DNA from: Atractiella rhizophila
Lineage: Eukaryota
Assembly: GCA_021432655.1 (NCBI GenBank)
Contig: MU271281.1
Location: forward strand, 62,001-108,470
Direction: 5' to 3'
DNA: 46,470 nt
A model generated the notes under the pieces. It was not told where the DNA came from and ran no database searches. It saw only the letters and a program-made list of their open reading frames with translations. This document shows positions 36,230 through 46,470 of this stretch, piece after piece. Both the position numbers and the translations under genes were made by a program. Numbering within the stretch: position 1 is the stretch's first letter; the number at the start of each line of letters is the position of its first letter.

Positions 36230-37910
36230 TCATCCGGTGAAGTGTCCTCCAAATGAATGCTTCAAATCTCCCTCCGCCAAACTCTCGCTCAAACTCGCTC
36301 CCTCTGGTGGCTCAGCGATGGTCTCCCACACTTGACTCTGAGGGTTACGCCGAACGCCGACCTCCCATTTGTGGGCATCTTCTGGAGCCTGTTGGGATAC
36401 AGAGAATCAGGACGAGTTGGGAGCGGCAAATGGGAAAGGGATCGGAACACACCTTGGCGTACGCTGTTAGGTCGAATGTGAACTTTTCTCCTTCCTTCAC
36501 ACACCGTCCATGGCGTCAGATCCTATCGCGGAGAGGAGGAAAGACGAACTGTTCCGAAATTGGCTCGGATCTCCCCCTTCGTTGATAATATACCGACCGA
36601 GGGAAACAGCTCTCTCCGGGCTACAGAATGTACTGGCGCGGCTGTCGTATTCCGTCTTCTCATTCTGTTCTCTCTTCAATGGGGTACAGGACGAACCTAT
36701 GAGAGTCCCATTCTTGGTGAAGAAAATGCTGCCTCCATTCAGGTCCCAGTGAATGCCACACCCTGAATACCCTCACGGTAAGAAAAATAGAGAGGGAAAA
36801 GGGGAACGTACCCACAATGTCGTCCTTTCCAAACCGCCCATCGAACTCTTGATCGTTCACTGTCCAAATCGGTGTCGCGTGAGTGACGATCGATGCGTCA
36901 TCTACCGTCATTCGTCAGCAAAATGTTGAATGTACAAGTGAATAATGTGCCAGCATGGTATCCCTATGCCTACACTTCAGACTACGGATTCAACAGAAGA
37001 GACGGGAAGACGGACGTAGTCATCAGTGAAGATGCCCCAGCCTGGCATATCTGACAACCGCGACTCTTTCTCCATCAGTCCAATCCCGATTATCCTTTCC
37101 ACATCGGAGCTTGAATCAGCGAGGACTTCATGACAGAGATGGAGTATGAAAACAACCCAGTGTCTCCGGGATTTATGACTGCCGAAAAGCATCAGATTAG
37201 AAAGTCTCGCGTAACCGAGCTTGTGGAGATAAGACGCACCTTTGATCTCAAAATACCAGCAACCTTTTGCTGGAAAAGGGAAGACGGCGCGCACACTGCC
37301 TGCCATCTAGTGGCGAGATGTAGCGTGTCAGCGTCTATTTCTGCAATGAAAGGGAGAGCAAACCTTCGCCTGCTCATCTGGATGGCCAACAGGACCTGCT
37401 CATTTCACTATTCAGCATATTTCTCATTCCACAGTGAGAGATTTGACCTCTGTAAAGCGCTTGAAGGCCTTTGAACCGGTCAACATTGTGCCGAAGAAAG
37501 ACAGAAAATCACTCGCCATCGGACGAAAGGTCAAGGTTCCCCCGACAGTTCTCTTTGCTCCAGACTTGGCGTGCTTTTGGCATCTTTCCGTTTGAAGCCT
37601 AAGAAATAGCGTAGATAAATGAGAATATTGTCTATGTGCGCGATCAGTAAATTTCGTAAGGCTTTCCAAAGGGATTGGGATCGTGAGTTGGAGAGTTGAA
37701 GCTGGATATATCGCGGTAAAACTGAACAAAGGGATGGACTCACCCTCGCAAATACTGTCTTATAACTCGGCTGATTCCTCGACACCTAGGCCCCTCACAG
37801 CGTAATTGTTCGATTGTTCGATGTAGAAGCGGTTTTCCAGCTCTTCCAGATTGGGATAGCCAGTTTGGTTCCGCCTTCGGTTCCGCAGGACATTGATCAA
37901 CCCGCATTTT
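36230..37910 (-). CDS. SPRY-domain protein, possibly pseudogenised; 5' end uncertain
   Basis: SVRAVFPFP..CWYFEIK, IGIGL..MPGW, FGKDDIVG and GCGIHW..IFFTKNG are SPRY motifs. The upstream frame contains a TAA at 37760-37762. Confidence 0.6.
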
Positions 37911-38329
37911 TGCTTTATCCTGCTTTATCTTTCAAACCAGTTCTAGTCGCACATGTCCGAATGAAATCGGAAAGAGGAATTGGATGTGCTGGCAGCTATT
38001 CTGTGTTATTGCACTCTCAAGTGTACCTATATGCTCCACTATCTAGTCGTGGTTACTTCACCAGCAAGGTAAACACATCGTAAGGATGTTGTGGTCGCTC
38101 TCGCGCGAATTACACTCTATACGCAGTTTACGTCGCTTGTTTCTTGGCTAAACCAACACAACAAGGAGATCTACGCATTCCAGATGTGAAATAAACAAAC
38201 AAGGCAAGTAAGGTTGCGCAAGCCAAAGTCAAAAAGCCTTGAAACTTTGCGATACCGCACGAACCTCTTCCTTGTTATTTATTTAAAAGCTGAACTGGAA
38301 ACAGTCTCTTTCCTCAGTTTCTCGCTCCA

Positions 38330-39717
38330 TTGACTGGACGTGTTACTTGCACCAACACACAATCATACAGTTCCTTCTTCACCATATATTTCGATATAAT
38401 GACGCTTCAAATCTATTCATCTACCTACACATATTCCGCTCCTGCCTACATGAAGGCGCGAAGCAAGAAGGAGCTCCGGAAACAGAAGCGACTCACCAAC
38501 GACGGGTCCTCACAATCGTCTCAGCCTTCTCTCACTTTCACTTCCATGTCCACCATTAACTCTCCTTCACTTTCCGGTCTCTCAACTCCTTCCGACTCGG
38601 ATACCGACATCGAGATCCAATATTCGGAAAAGGTCGACTTAGCTCCTGTACTGAACCTATTCCCCAGCCCACCTTTAGGACTACACTCCAACTCAAATTC
38701 ATCTCTTCCCGCTATTAAGTTAGACTCCACGGCGTCTTCGTCGTCTATTGCGACAGTTAGGCAGAAAAATGAGCTTCGTCGACCCCCTTCACCTTTGTTA
38801 CACCAGCAGACACCTTCCGAACGGTCCTCAGCCGATTCTCCCGTTTTATCACCGCACTCTTCTGACACGTTGCCCGAAGATAAGGGAGAAAGCCTTTTAG
38901 ACGCTTGGTCCCACTTCATCGTTGACATCCAACCGCCTTCTCGTCATCGAGACCATGTCACACTACCAACAACTTGGATTGGTTTGTCGTCTACCTTCCC
39001 CGGGGTGGACGAATACCACGCCATGGCGCGCATCCCTTATTGCGAGAGGAAATATACGTGGTCTCTCCCTTTGAATGATGAGGAGTTGGTGAAAAGGAGA
39101 AGGGAACTCTTAGGTGAGATTCCAGCAGGCCATCCATCCCCACCGAAGGAGATGGCGTCTGGGAGGCCCATTGGCTGTCAACCGCTTCCTGATAAGAGTC
39201 CTGAAGCGGAAAATAAAGAGCAAAAGTGGTTGCTCGAATGGTTCAATCACAACACTGTCGCTTCCTCGACCGGAGGCTCCCAAAGGACTGTTTACAACCT
39301 CATGGAGGACAGCTCCGAAACGCAGGATATCCCACATCCCAAGCGATACAGCGACGTCCTTAGCTCTCGCTCTCGTACCAGGATCTCGGACCGAAAACGA
39401 CAGGTAGCAGCGTTGAAGATGCTGGAAGTGATAGAAGGGAGGACGTCGCCGGAACAAAAAGCACAAATAGCAACGAGGAACGAGGCGGACCTGGCTTGCG
39501 GTACAGATTTCGAGCATGATAAAACTCCTACGAAATCGGTATTCAGACGAAAGAAGCTCAGCTGGAAGAGGATGCCTGTTGATTCTTTAGCACTCACGGT
39601 GCGCTGTGGTTCACATTCCCGCGCCTGGCAACTAACAATGGTGCAGTATTAAGACCAAAGATTAAATCTCTCTATCGTTTCCCGTACATTCGCCTTCCTG
39701 CCGCAAAGCATCACCTA
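38330..39717 (+). CDS. Hypothetical S/P-rich protein
   Basis: 440-codon ORF (likely ATG ~38399 or ~38450) with a probable terminal GTGCGC..CTAAC..CAG intron. No recognisable domain. Confidence 0.55.
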
Positions 39718-40578
39718 ATGTTCAAACCTCTGTCCCATTTCCGTTCACCATTGTTCACGGACAACATTCCCACGGCAATCACTCCATAATAGCATTGAAT
39801 TTAAAGGCGGAACACAACTCGTAGCATCCGAGCAATAGTCAATCTATCTTCATAGCTTTCAGTTCAATCGTCGACTCTTCTTCCTCAATTCACGCTCCAG
39901 CTCATCTTCATCATTCGACTCAACCACTCTCTTCCTCTTGGGAATCGGCACGAACACCACCATCGTCCCCAATCCTTCCCCAACCTGCACCATAATTTCC
40001 ACCCGTCGAAACAATCGGCCATATCGAAACTTGGGGGCACCGAGCTCTGACGGGCAGGAACGACCGCGTCGATACCAAAGAGGAAGCGAAAAAGAAGGGG
40101 AGTCTGTTGAGGAGGAAGCAAGCGCGAATGTGGCTGAAGCTTCGAACGTGTCTAAATCAGCTTTTGTTTATATGTTTTACTCGTCTCACCCTTCTGGCTG
40201 CCAACAGTTCCCCCCAATCTTGTATGTGCTCGCGAATTTCCCCAGATCATTGTCAAGCTTCTTGTAAATAGTAACTTCCCTTAGTATGTCCAAGCAATGA
40301 ACAAGTTGAACTGTAGTTTGCGTTTGCTGAGGCATCTTCGTCGAAGCAATATCTAGTAGGACGAAAGAACAAGGACCTTTTACCAATAAACAAGGAACAC
40401 GGATGCCGATCACATGTGCGATTGCGCGATCAAATTCAACTTAAACAGACTAGCAGCAGCTCACCAAAGTCGATTCTTTTGGTTTCCGTATGCGCCTTTC
40501 AGGATTTGTAAAAGATACAGGTCCCAAGTAGGGATTAAACGACAAAAACAAAAAAATCTGGACAGCTTTCCGGCCTCA

Positions 40579-42710
40579 TTAATCGTCAATTACAGTTGTT
40601 GTATCAATACCAACCATCGCATCTGCTCTTCTTTTCTTCAACAGTTCGTCTTTGTCAATGAAATCTGATGCCTGAGAGGTATTGCTTTCCTCTTCTCGAC
40701 ACAAATGGCGCCGAACCATGACGTCTCATGGTCAGGGGTTCCTCCGGCTTTTCCTCTGTCGCGATGGATAGCAATCCTTCTTCTCTTCGACGTTTTAACA
40801 CGTCCTTCGGCTCGAGAAAAGATGACATGACCGAATTAGTCGGGGACGGATTTGCGGTATTGAGTGGGGTGGCGAGATTTGGGGACGGTGAAGAAGATGA
40901 GCCTGAAGCAGCTCCAGACACGCCAGGTTCGTTGATAAACGCTGCTGAAGCTAGGCCCGTTGCTACGACAGGCGCTGGAGCGCCTTCAAATGCGTTCCCC
41001 TTTATAGTTGGTCGGGTAGGGGGAGAGCCTTTCCTTCGCTGATATCTGATAGTGTTTTCGTGTAATTCCTCCTCGTCAGAAGGGGCCTGTGAGACTTGAT
41101 TCGTTTTCCGAGACGAACGAAGCCTTTCCTCGTCGTTTCTCTTGAACGCTTGGTCGATATATCCCGCCAGTAACAGAATAGCATCTTCAGCCTCTGGCAT
41201 AAGACTTATCATTTGAAGGAATCCGTGACTCCAGCCCTGGAAGCATGATTCAGAAATGGCACTCATAGACACCTTCCACTCACAGAGTAAATACGTGTGA
41301 CTATCAGTAAGGATTAGCCAAACACTAGTGGGAACAAAGGGAGAACAAACCAGCCCAATCGTCCTCGCACTGCTCAATAATGGGGTCGTCCGGTATACGA
41401 CTTGTCATCCTCAAATCACCCTGTCGATTCATTTTGGCTAGTGCTCGAGCTCTCCTCTGAGCCTTTGCTTGATGAATTTTCGCAGCCCAAAGCAGTGTAT
41501 CGTCGACGACGGGATCACGTTCACCTGGTTCGCTGTTCAGCAAAATAGGGTCACTATTGAGGCAGTGACCTACCACAAATCAGGTACACAGGTGGTAGTT
41601 GTTCTAGGAGCCTCGGTTCGCCAAGGATAGGAGAGATCATGTAGTTGTTCGTCAAATCAGGGCTATTTTCCCCTACATAACAAAGGGCCATCGTTCGCAT
41701 CTGCAAAAAAATCAATCTCGGTCTAGTTAAATCGGAAAGATTCTAACCATTGTTGGGGCAATGATTCTATCGTTGAAGAATGATGTCCTTGAAGTCATAG
41801 TCAGCCTCGTTCCAAGTGTTGTAGTCTGACGCCGAATAAGAGGCCTGCTCCCCCTCCTCGGAAACCTGATCATTTCGTCAACGGTTCTATCCGATTGCGC
41901 ATTCTGTTCCTCGTCACTGGTATCCAACTCGCTCGTCTCCACATCGCCCATGTCTGCGTCGGCATCAGTAGTCGGCTCGCTGAAGAGCTCAAATTTTGGT
42001 TTCTGTGGAGGAATCGGCGTCTTGACATCGTCATTAATTCCACCCGTACTTGAAGAGGATTTGTCAGCCTGAGCTGAGGGAGTACGTTCTTGGGATATCG
42101 CCCGAGTGAAGTTGATTCGGCTGATGCTTTTCCGTAAGCTACGTCCCCAACCTCCATTACGGTCTTTGGAATTATCTCGATCATCGTCCACGACGGCGAG
42201 TGGGGATTTGTGTCGCATGTGATCTTTGGTCGAAAGAAGGCTGCCCATATGAGTTGGTCCCTCCGCTCTTAGTGTTGCGAGATCCCGGGAGGTCATCCAG
42301 GCGTGAAAGTCGAAGTCGAGGGCTGGATACGCGTAAACGAGCCCGACAGGAAGAGGCAGACGATGCGCGGCCTCCAGTTCAAGGAGACGGTATGTCATAG
42401 CGGTAGATATGTTCGCGCCACTGTAGTCCCCGACTCAGAAAAGCAGTCAGAACATCGCTGTGGAACTTACGCTGAGTCTCCAGTCAGTACTATGTCGATT
42501 TTATTCCGACCCATTCCTATCATAGAACCTTTGGACTGCACCAAAATCTTGTACAAGTCGAGGCATTCATCGATTGCGTACGGATATGGGTATTCTGGTG
42601 CCTACTCCGATGTTATGAGTGCGTGCGTCAAAAGACAGGGAATAGTATTCACTTTACGATAATCAACGCTGAGAACCGGTTTCTGGGTCTTGAGTGCCCA
42701 CCGAAGAATA
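40579..42710 (-). CDS. Hormone-sensitive-lipase-family alpha/beta hydrolase, C-terminal exons
   Basis: ILRWALKTQKPVLSVDYRK, APEYPYPYAIDEC, LTGDSAGGN, YAYPAL, GERDPVVDD and GWSHGFLQM. Confidence 0.9.
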
Positions 42711-42750
42711 CTACACAAAATTAGCATTCGAGATGGTTCAAAAGATTGCA

Positions 42751-43389
42751 TCCTCGAGAAAGTGACAAGGGCTGCTTGGCTTCTACTTCCTGTGCGGTTC
42801 GAAGAGTGTGAGGAGGAAATGTGAGTTCCTGCGAAGTCGGCGTAAGCGGGTGGGCCGTAACGGTAACTTCTGCTCGCAGGTTAGAAGAAAGAGGAGACTA
42901 TTGTTGCGGCCCTTAAAGAAGCTGTCCCTCCGAGATAGGTTTAGAAGCTCGTCCCTCCGCAGTGGCATAACGGAACACAAGAGCTATCGAAACCTCTTTC
43001 TTCAGTTCTCGCTCGGAAGAACCCTTGGTTTCTAGGTTGGTCAGAACACTTTCACTCCAAACTTCTACCCCAGTCTTAGGGTATCTGATTCACGAAGTAC
43101 ACGTTCGAGTCACATATGTGCTAGGAGTATAAGACAAGCGTCCTAGACGAGTGACTAGTTGAACCTTGGATAGTTCTTGTGGTCCGTGTGAAACAAATTT
43201 AGACAAGGCCGCGAGTTACCTCTCCCTGTTCCCACAAATAGGTTCGTTTGTTGTAACGCTATGGGAAAGGAACGCTCCACTTCCCGGCAACTGTCAGGAA
43301 CTTTCGGCCTTACTCCCCCATAAGCAAACATTAGAAACTTCTACGGATGGTTTGCAAGGCGTGGGATGGTTATTTTAAAATAGTAGGTA
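42751..43389. CDS. N-terminal exons of the FAD-dependent fructosyl-amine/sarcosine oxidase, readable only right-to-left without complementing
   Basis: MDDKILLVGCGTFG|LSTALHLARKGYRNVVCLDKHPCPSPLSAGTDLNK|ILRTEYEDRVYTELAHEALSLWDSDPIFKPHFHKTGWIF...GNAGWANAAEASLSVKEECEKLGVSFIFGSSGTVKEL, with two GT-AG introns. Confidence 0.93.
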
Positions 43390-43748
43390 AAAGCTTTCTG
43401 AAGCTAACCTTAACTCCAATCTAATACCTTTCCTCGTTCGAAGAGGAACTAGTTAGTGCATCGGGGAAAACGACTTGTTCACGTTCAGGCAGCTTTAAGG
43501 GAGTCGCAGAAATAAATAGCCAACACGAGACTTCTTGCTTTACTAGATTGTCCGTTCCTCTCCAAAAGTTTAGATAAAGTTTAGTTTGGTTACGAATACC
43601 GTTGCATGCGTATTGCATGAGCCCGTCCATGCGTCGCACGACGTAACTAAAGTGTACAAGAGTGGGCGTTTGTTTTCCCTCACAGCGGTAGCAGCGGAAG
43701 GGTAGAGGGTTTTGTAATCTCGACGTCATGGTAATTTGATAAACGTCG

Positions 43749-44844
43749 TACTATCTAGTGGAGAATCCCGCAGGTTCGCAGAGAACCTTCGCTAGCGTCC
43801 ACGCAACAACGTGGTAAAAGTTCCGCTAACAAGTACCTCGAGTTACTACATCCAGAAAGAGCAGTAGTAAAAGACCAAAACCTCCAACGCTCAGCCTTTG
43901 GGAGCACCTGGAAAGAAAGAGTTTCCGAATTTGAAGTTTGAGGCATGCAATACGGGTAAAGGTACGAAACACGTTTCGAGTGAGAAAGGGCAGACATCCT
44001 GTTATAGTTGGTACCGTCGAGTAAGAGAGTTGAAATTATTCAGAGATACGTTACTCTTTGCGGCTATCATAGGAACCTGAATTAGCATCTGAAGAATGAG
44101 TGTGACACATCTCTATAGAACGACTCAACGTCCGACATCGTGGACTCGGAGAGCGGTTTTAGATAAGTGGATCAATGAAAGCTCGCTGAACCTAGTAGTG
44201 GCGGGAGCTGCGACCAAAGCGTTGCACATACGTGTAGTTCGGGTTCGAAACCTCTCTAGAAAACAGGAAGGAGAAACGCCACTCACAAGTTGAATGCCGT
44301 TAATACGTAGACTTTGACGTGTTCCCGATGAAGAACCAAATACGTTTACGACGACTACTTCACCATACAAAGAAGAAACGGGTGTTTTAGACCTTGATTA
44401 AAACTACTACATCAATTCTTTCGTAGCGCGCTCCACGTGGCAACACTCATAAGGCGCGACAGTCACACATCAAAGCGGATTGAGGTTTCATCCTGAAGGA
44501 AGCGTGTTGCAATCAGGAGAGTTAAGTGAGTTTTAAAAAGATTGGTTTATGTTCAACCCTCTTCTGGTGGTTGGGAAAGTAGGCGAAGAAGTGTGCGTTG
44601 CTGGCGGGTTAACATTTGTAAGCTGCGTCCGACCACTAAGGAGCTGGTCGCCCGAGTAGAATGTCCATGAGAAAGTAAACGTGGTGTCTTATCTAACAGT
44701 GAGTTGTCACACAGCATCTTTTGGTTATCAAACGACCGACATGAAACGCCCTTGACTTGATCTGGAACATCTTACATTTCTGAACTAGGAACTGTAAGGC
44801 CCTCCCCCTAAGCAGAGGTACTTAGGCAATGTGGTGCTTCTAGC
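43749..44844. CDS. N-terminal exons of the HSL-family lipase, readable only as the plain complement left-to-right
   Basis: MIDHLLGRPSVSWKRSQ|VFLVIIFWFWRL...YSPSYFRATWIITALDAGFATCMHIKPKLWRD...WEKTTNPFIRFF...LILDIPGGGFVSMNPLHHEDR, with canonical GT-AG introns. Confidence 0.93.
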
Positions 44845-44855
44845 CACCCAGAGAG

Positions 44856-44994
44856 NNNNNNNNNNNNNNNNNNNNNNNNNNNNNNNNNNNNNNNNNNNNN
44901 NNNNNNNNNNNNNNNNNNNNNNNNNNNNNNNNNNNNNNNNNNNNNNNNNNNNNNNNNNNNNNNNNNNNNNNNNNNNNNNNNNNNNNNNNNNNNN
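44856..44994. other. Assembly gap (139 N)
   Basis: Run of N. Confidence 1.
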
Positions 44995-45621
44995 GTAGCT
45001 GTGTGCGCAACGATGTGTCAGATGGTTTTGTCGAAGGATGAGGTGGAGCGGTATATGGATAACCCAGTCATAGACTGCAAGGGGAAGGGTTACTTCTTTC
45101 CTCCAGTTCTGCAATCGGATGGTACTGGCATATTGAAGGGATGTGATTTGACGAAAGGACGCCCGAACTGGGACGAGAGTGGAACTATTTCGACGCCTCT
45201 TATGCTTGACGTTAACGAGAACCCGAGCCAACCATTGAAGGAGAGGGATGAAGCCGGTGTCAGGAAATTACTCAGACTTTGGGTGCCAGACTTAGCTGAG
45301 AAGGAGTTTACCAAGACCCGCGTATGTCTCTCATTCGAAAAAAATGAAATTTCACGTGTCGGGAAATTTCTACAGATCTGTTGGGACTCAGAAAGTTTCG
45401 ACAAATCATGGATCATTAGCTCGCACCCGTCGTCCCCAAAAAGCTTGTTTCTCGCCACAGGAGGCAGCCGACACAGCTTCAAAAACCTCACGAACGTTGG
45501 AAAATACGTCGTAGAGTGCTTAGAAGGAAAAAATAGAGAGGAGTGGCGTTGGAGACCTGAAAAAGTAGTGTCGGACTGGGCAAAAGATAGAGAGGACATC
45601 AAAAGTGTGCTTGGATGGTAG
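44995..45621 (+). CDS. FAD-dependent fructosyl-amine/sarcosine/pipecolate oxidase family, C-terminal part
   Basis: GYFFPP, ILKGCD, ICWDSESFDKSWIISSHP, LFLATGGSRHSFKNLTNVGKYVV and WRWRP. Confidence 0.88.
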   Translation, partial: VAVCATMCQMVLSKDEVERYMDNPVIDCKGKGYFFPPVLQSDGTGILKGCDLTKGRPNWDESGTISTPLMLDVNENPSQPLKERDEAGVRKLLRLWVPDLAEKEFTKTRVCLSFEKNEISRVGKFLQICWDSESFDKSWIISSHPSSPKSLFLATGGSRHSFKNLTNVGKYVVECLEGKNREEWRWRPEKVVSDWAKDREDIKSVLGW

Positions 45622-46470
45622 AAAGAGCCTTTACTCTCCCCCTGTCAATGTCTTGACAAAATGTACAACATTCGAAAAAAGCAGGCCTGTCGCAAAACAC
45701 AATTCCCGCCACTAGCAATCAAGAAAATATGAATATCCACCACCATCATGAGTGACTTGATAACTTTCCTACCCGGTGCTTACTACGATAGGCAATCAAG
45801 GGCCAGGACGACGCTAATTTTACTGTATAACGCTCAGCCTCTCGTCGTCGCCTCGGATGCAGTATGGGCAAAAAGTGCGCAAGCGCAAGGATCATCGTCA
45901 TCTTGAGAGCGGGAACGAGACGCTGACAGCCCCCATTTGTTGAAACTGTGATGCCATCGTTCAAGCCATAACAGAACCCGTTTCTAATAACACACGCGGG
46001 AGTTCGGCAAGAGACATCTTCTTCAGCGCGCAGCTCGCCCTTGAGTTTGAGTGCTAGCCTCTTGCCATCGCCCTGGCCATTGCCATTTAAAGCCAATACA
46101 GACCATGATTCCATTCAAGTTGTGGTGAGAATAGACACAGTGTTTTGACGTACCCAAGATCCCCGCAAGGTGCCTTCAAATACTCCCTAACCGATCGCAG
46201 GTCCCAACTCCCCAGCCAACCCCCCGTCGAGTTTTGCACGCCATCAAGCGTTGTTCAAGCGATACTCAGAGTGGAACATTTGTCACATCTCTTATCTCTT
46301 TCCGGCGCTCCGCGGCACAATTCCGGCAGAGCTGCACTACCCATCGATTCGACGATTCAACGACCACCTGACCCCGCCGAAACGCCTGTCCTAGCTTTGC
46401 TTGGTTCTACCCAATCTCAGCTCAACAAAGCGACAGTAGCTCGGTGTCGAGGTCGAAAGAATCGAATCCT

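Larger units (their letters stand above)
42751..44855. other. 2105-bp block written in reverse order without complementation
   Basis: The plain complement and the plain reversal each give spliced coding sequence that completes a flanking gene. The six normal frames are stop-ridden. Confidence 0.97.

Noticed and set aside
20290..37910. Alternative genetic code (TAA/TAG = Gln)
   Set aside because: Conserved genes here end in TAA/TAG and I saw no internal TAR codons in them. Several apparent cases lie within introns.
39885..40413. Short overlapping ORFs between the orphan gene and the lipase 3' end
   Set aside because: No consistent frame or motif; likely UTR or intergenic.
42783..45231. Short ORFs in the supplied track, and the idea of a RIP-degraded transposon inserted in the lipase
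   Set aside because: All are by-products of the reversed block, whose true content is host exons.
45746..46470. 122-aa minus-strand ORF and window-end sequence
   Set aside because: No recognisable motif or reliable splice model.

Overview
Gene-dense, intron-rich fungal DNA. Introns are about 50-60 nt, GT/GC-AG, with CTRAY branch points; a basidiomycete origin is inferred and the species cannot be determined. Gene order: OMA1 3' end, RTT107/BRC1-like multi-BRCT gene, NDC80, ERT1/AcuK-type Zn2Cys6-PAS factor, UBL-BAG co-chaperone, RING/TRAF/ZZ protein, two NmrA-like paralogues flanking a decayed region, PGM2-type phosphomutase, DUF924, fungal kinase-like gene, SCS3/FIT2, ARC19, BXI1, SPRY protein, an orphan ORF, HSL-family lipase and fructosyl-amine/sarcosine-oxidase-like gene. 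The most striking feature is 42751-44855, written backwards WITHOUT complementation. It is meaningless in the six normal frames, but its plain complement encodes the missing N-terminal exons of the lipase, and read right-to-left it encodes the missing N-terminal exons of the oxidase. Reversing it restores a clean 51-nt lipase intron at one end and brings the oxidase frame up to the N-gap at the other. This is almost certainly an in-silico artefact beside the gap. Two near-identical tandem duplications (2.2 kb inside RTT107; 0.88 kb over kinase/SCS3 with a Helitron-like 3' end between the copies) and a 1-nt frameshift in NDC80 also suggest haplotype or assembly problems. I found no convincing new biological system. 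All translations were done by hand and family calls rest on remembered motifs, not database searches.
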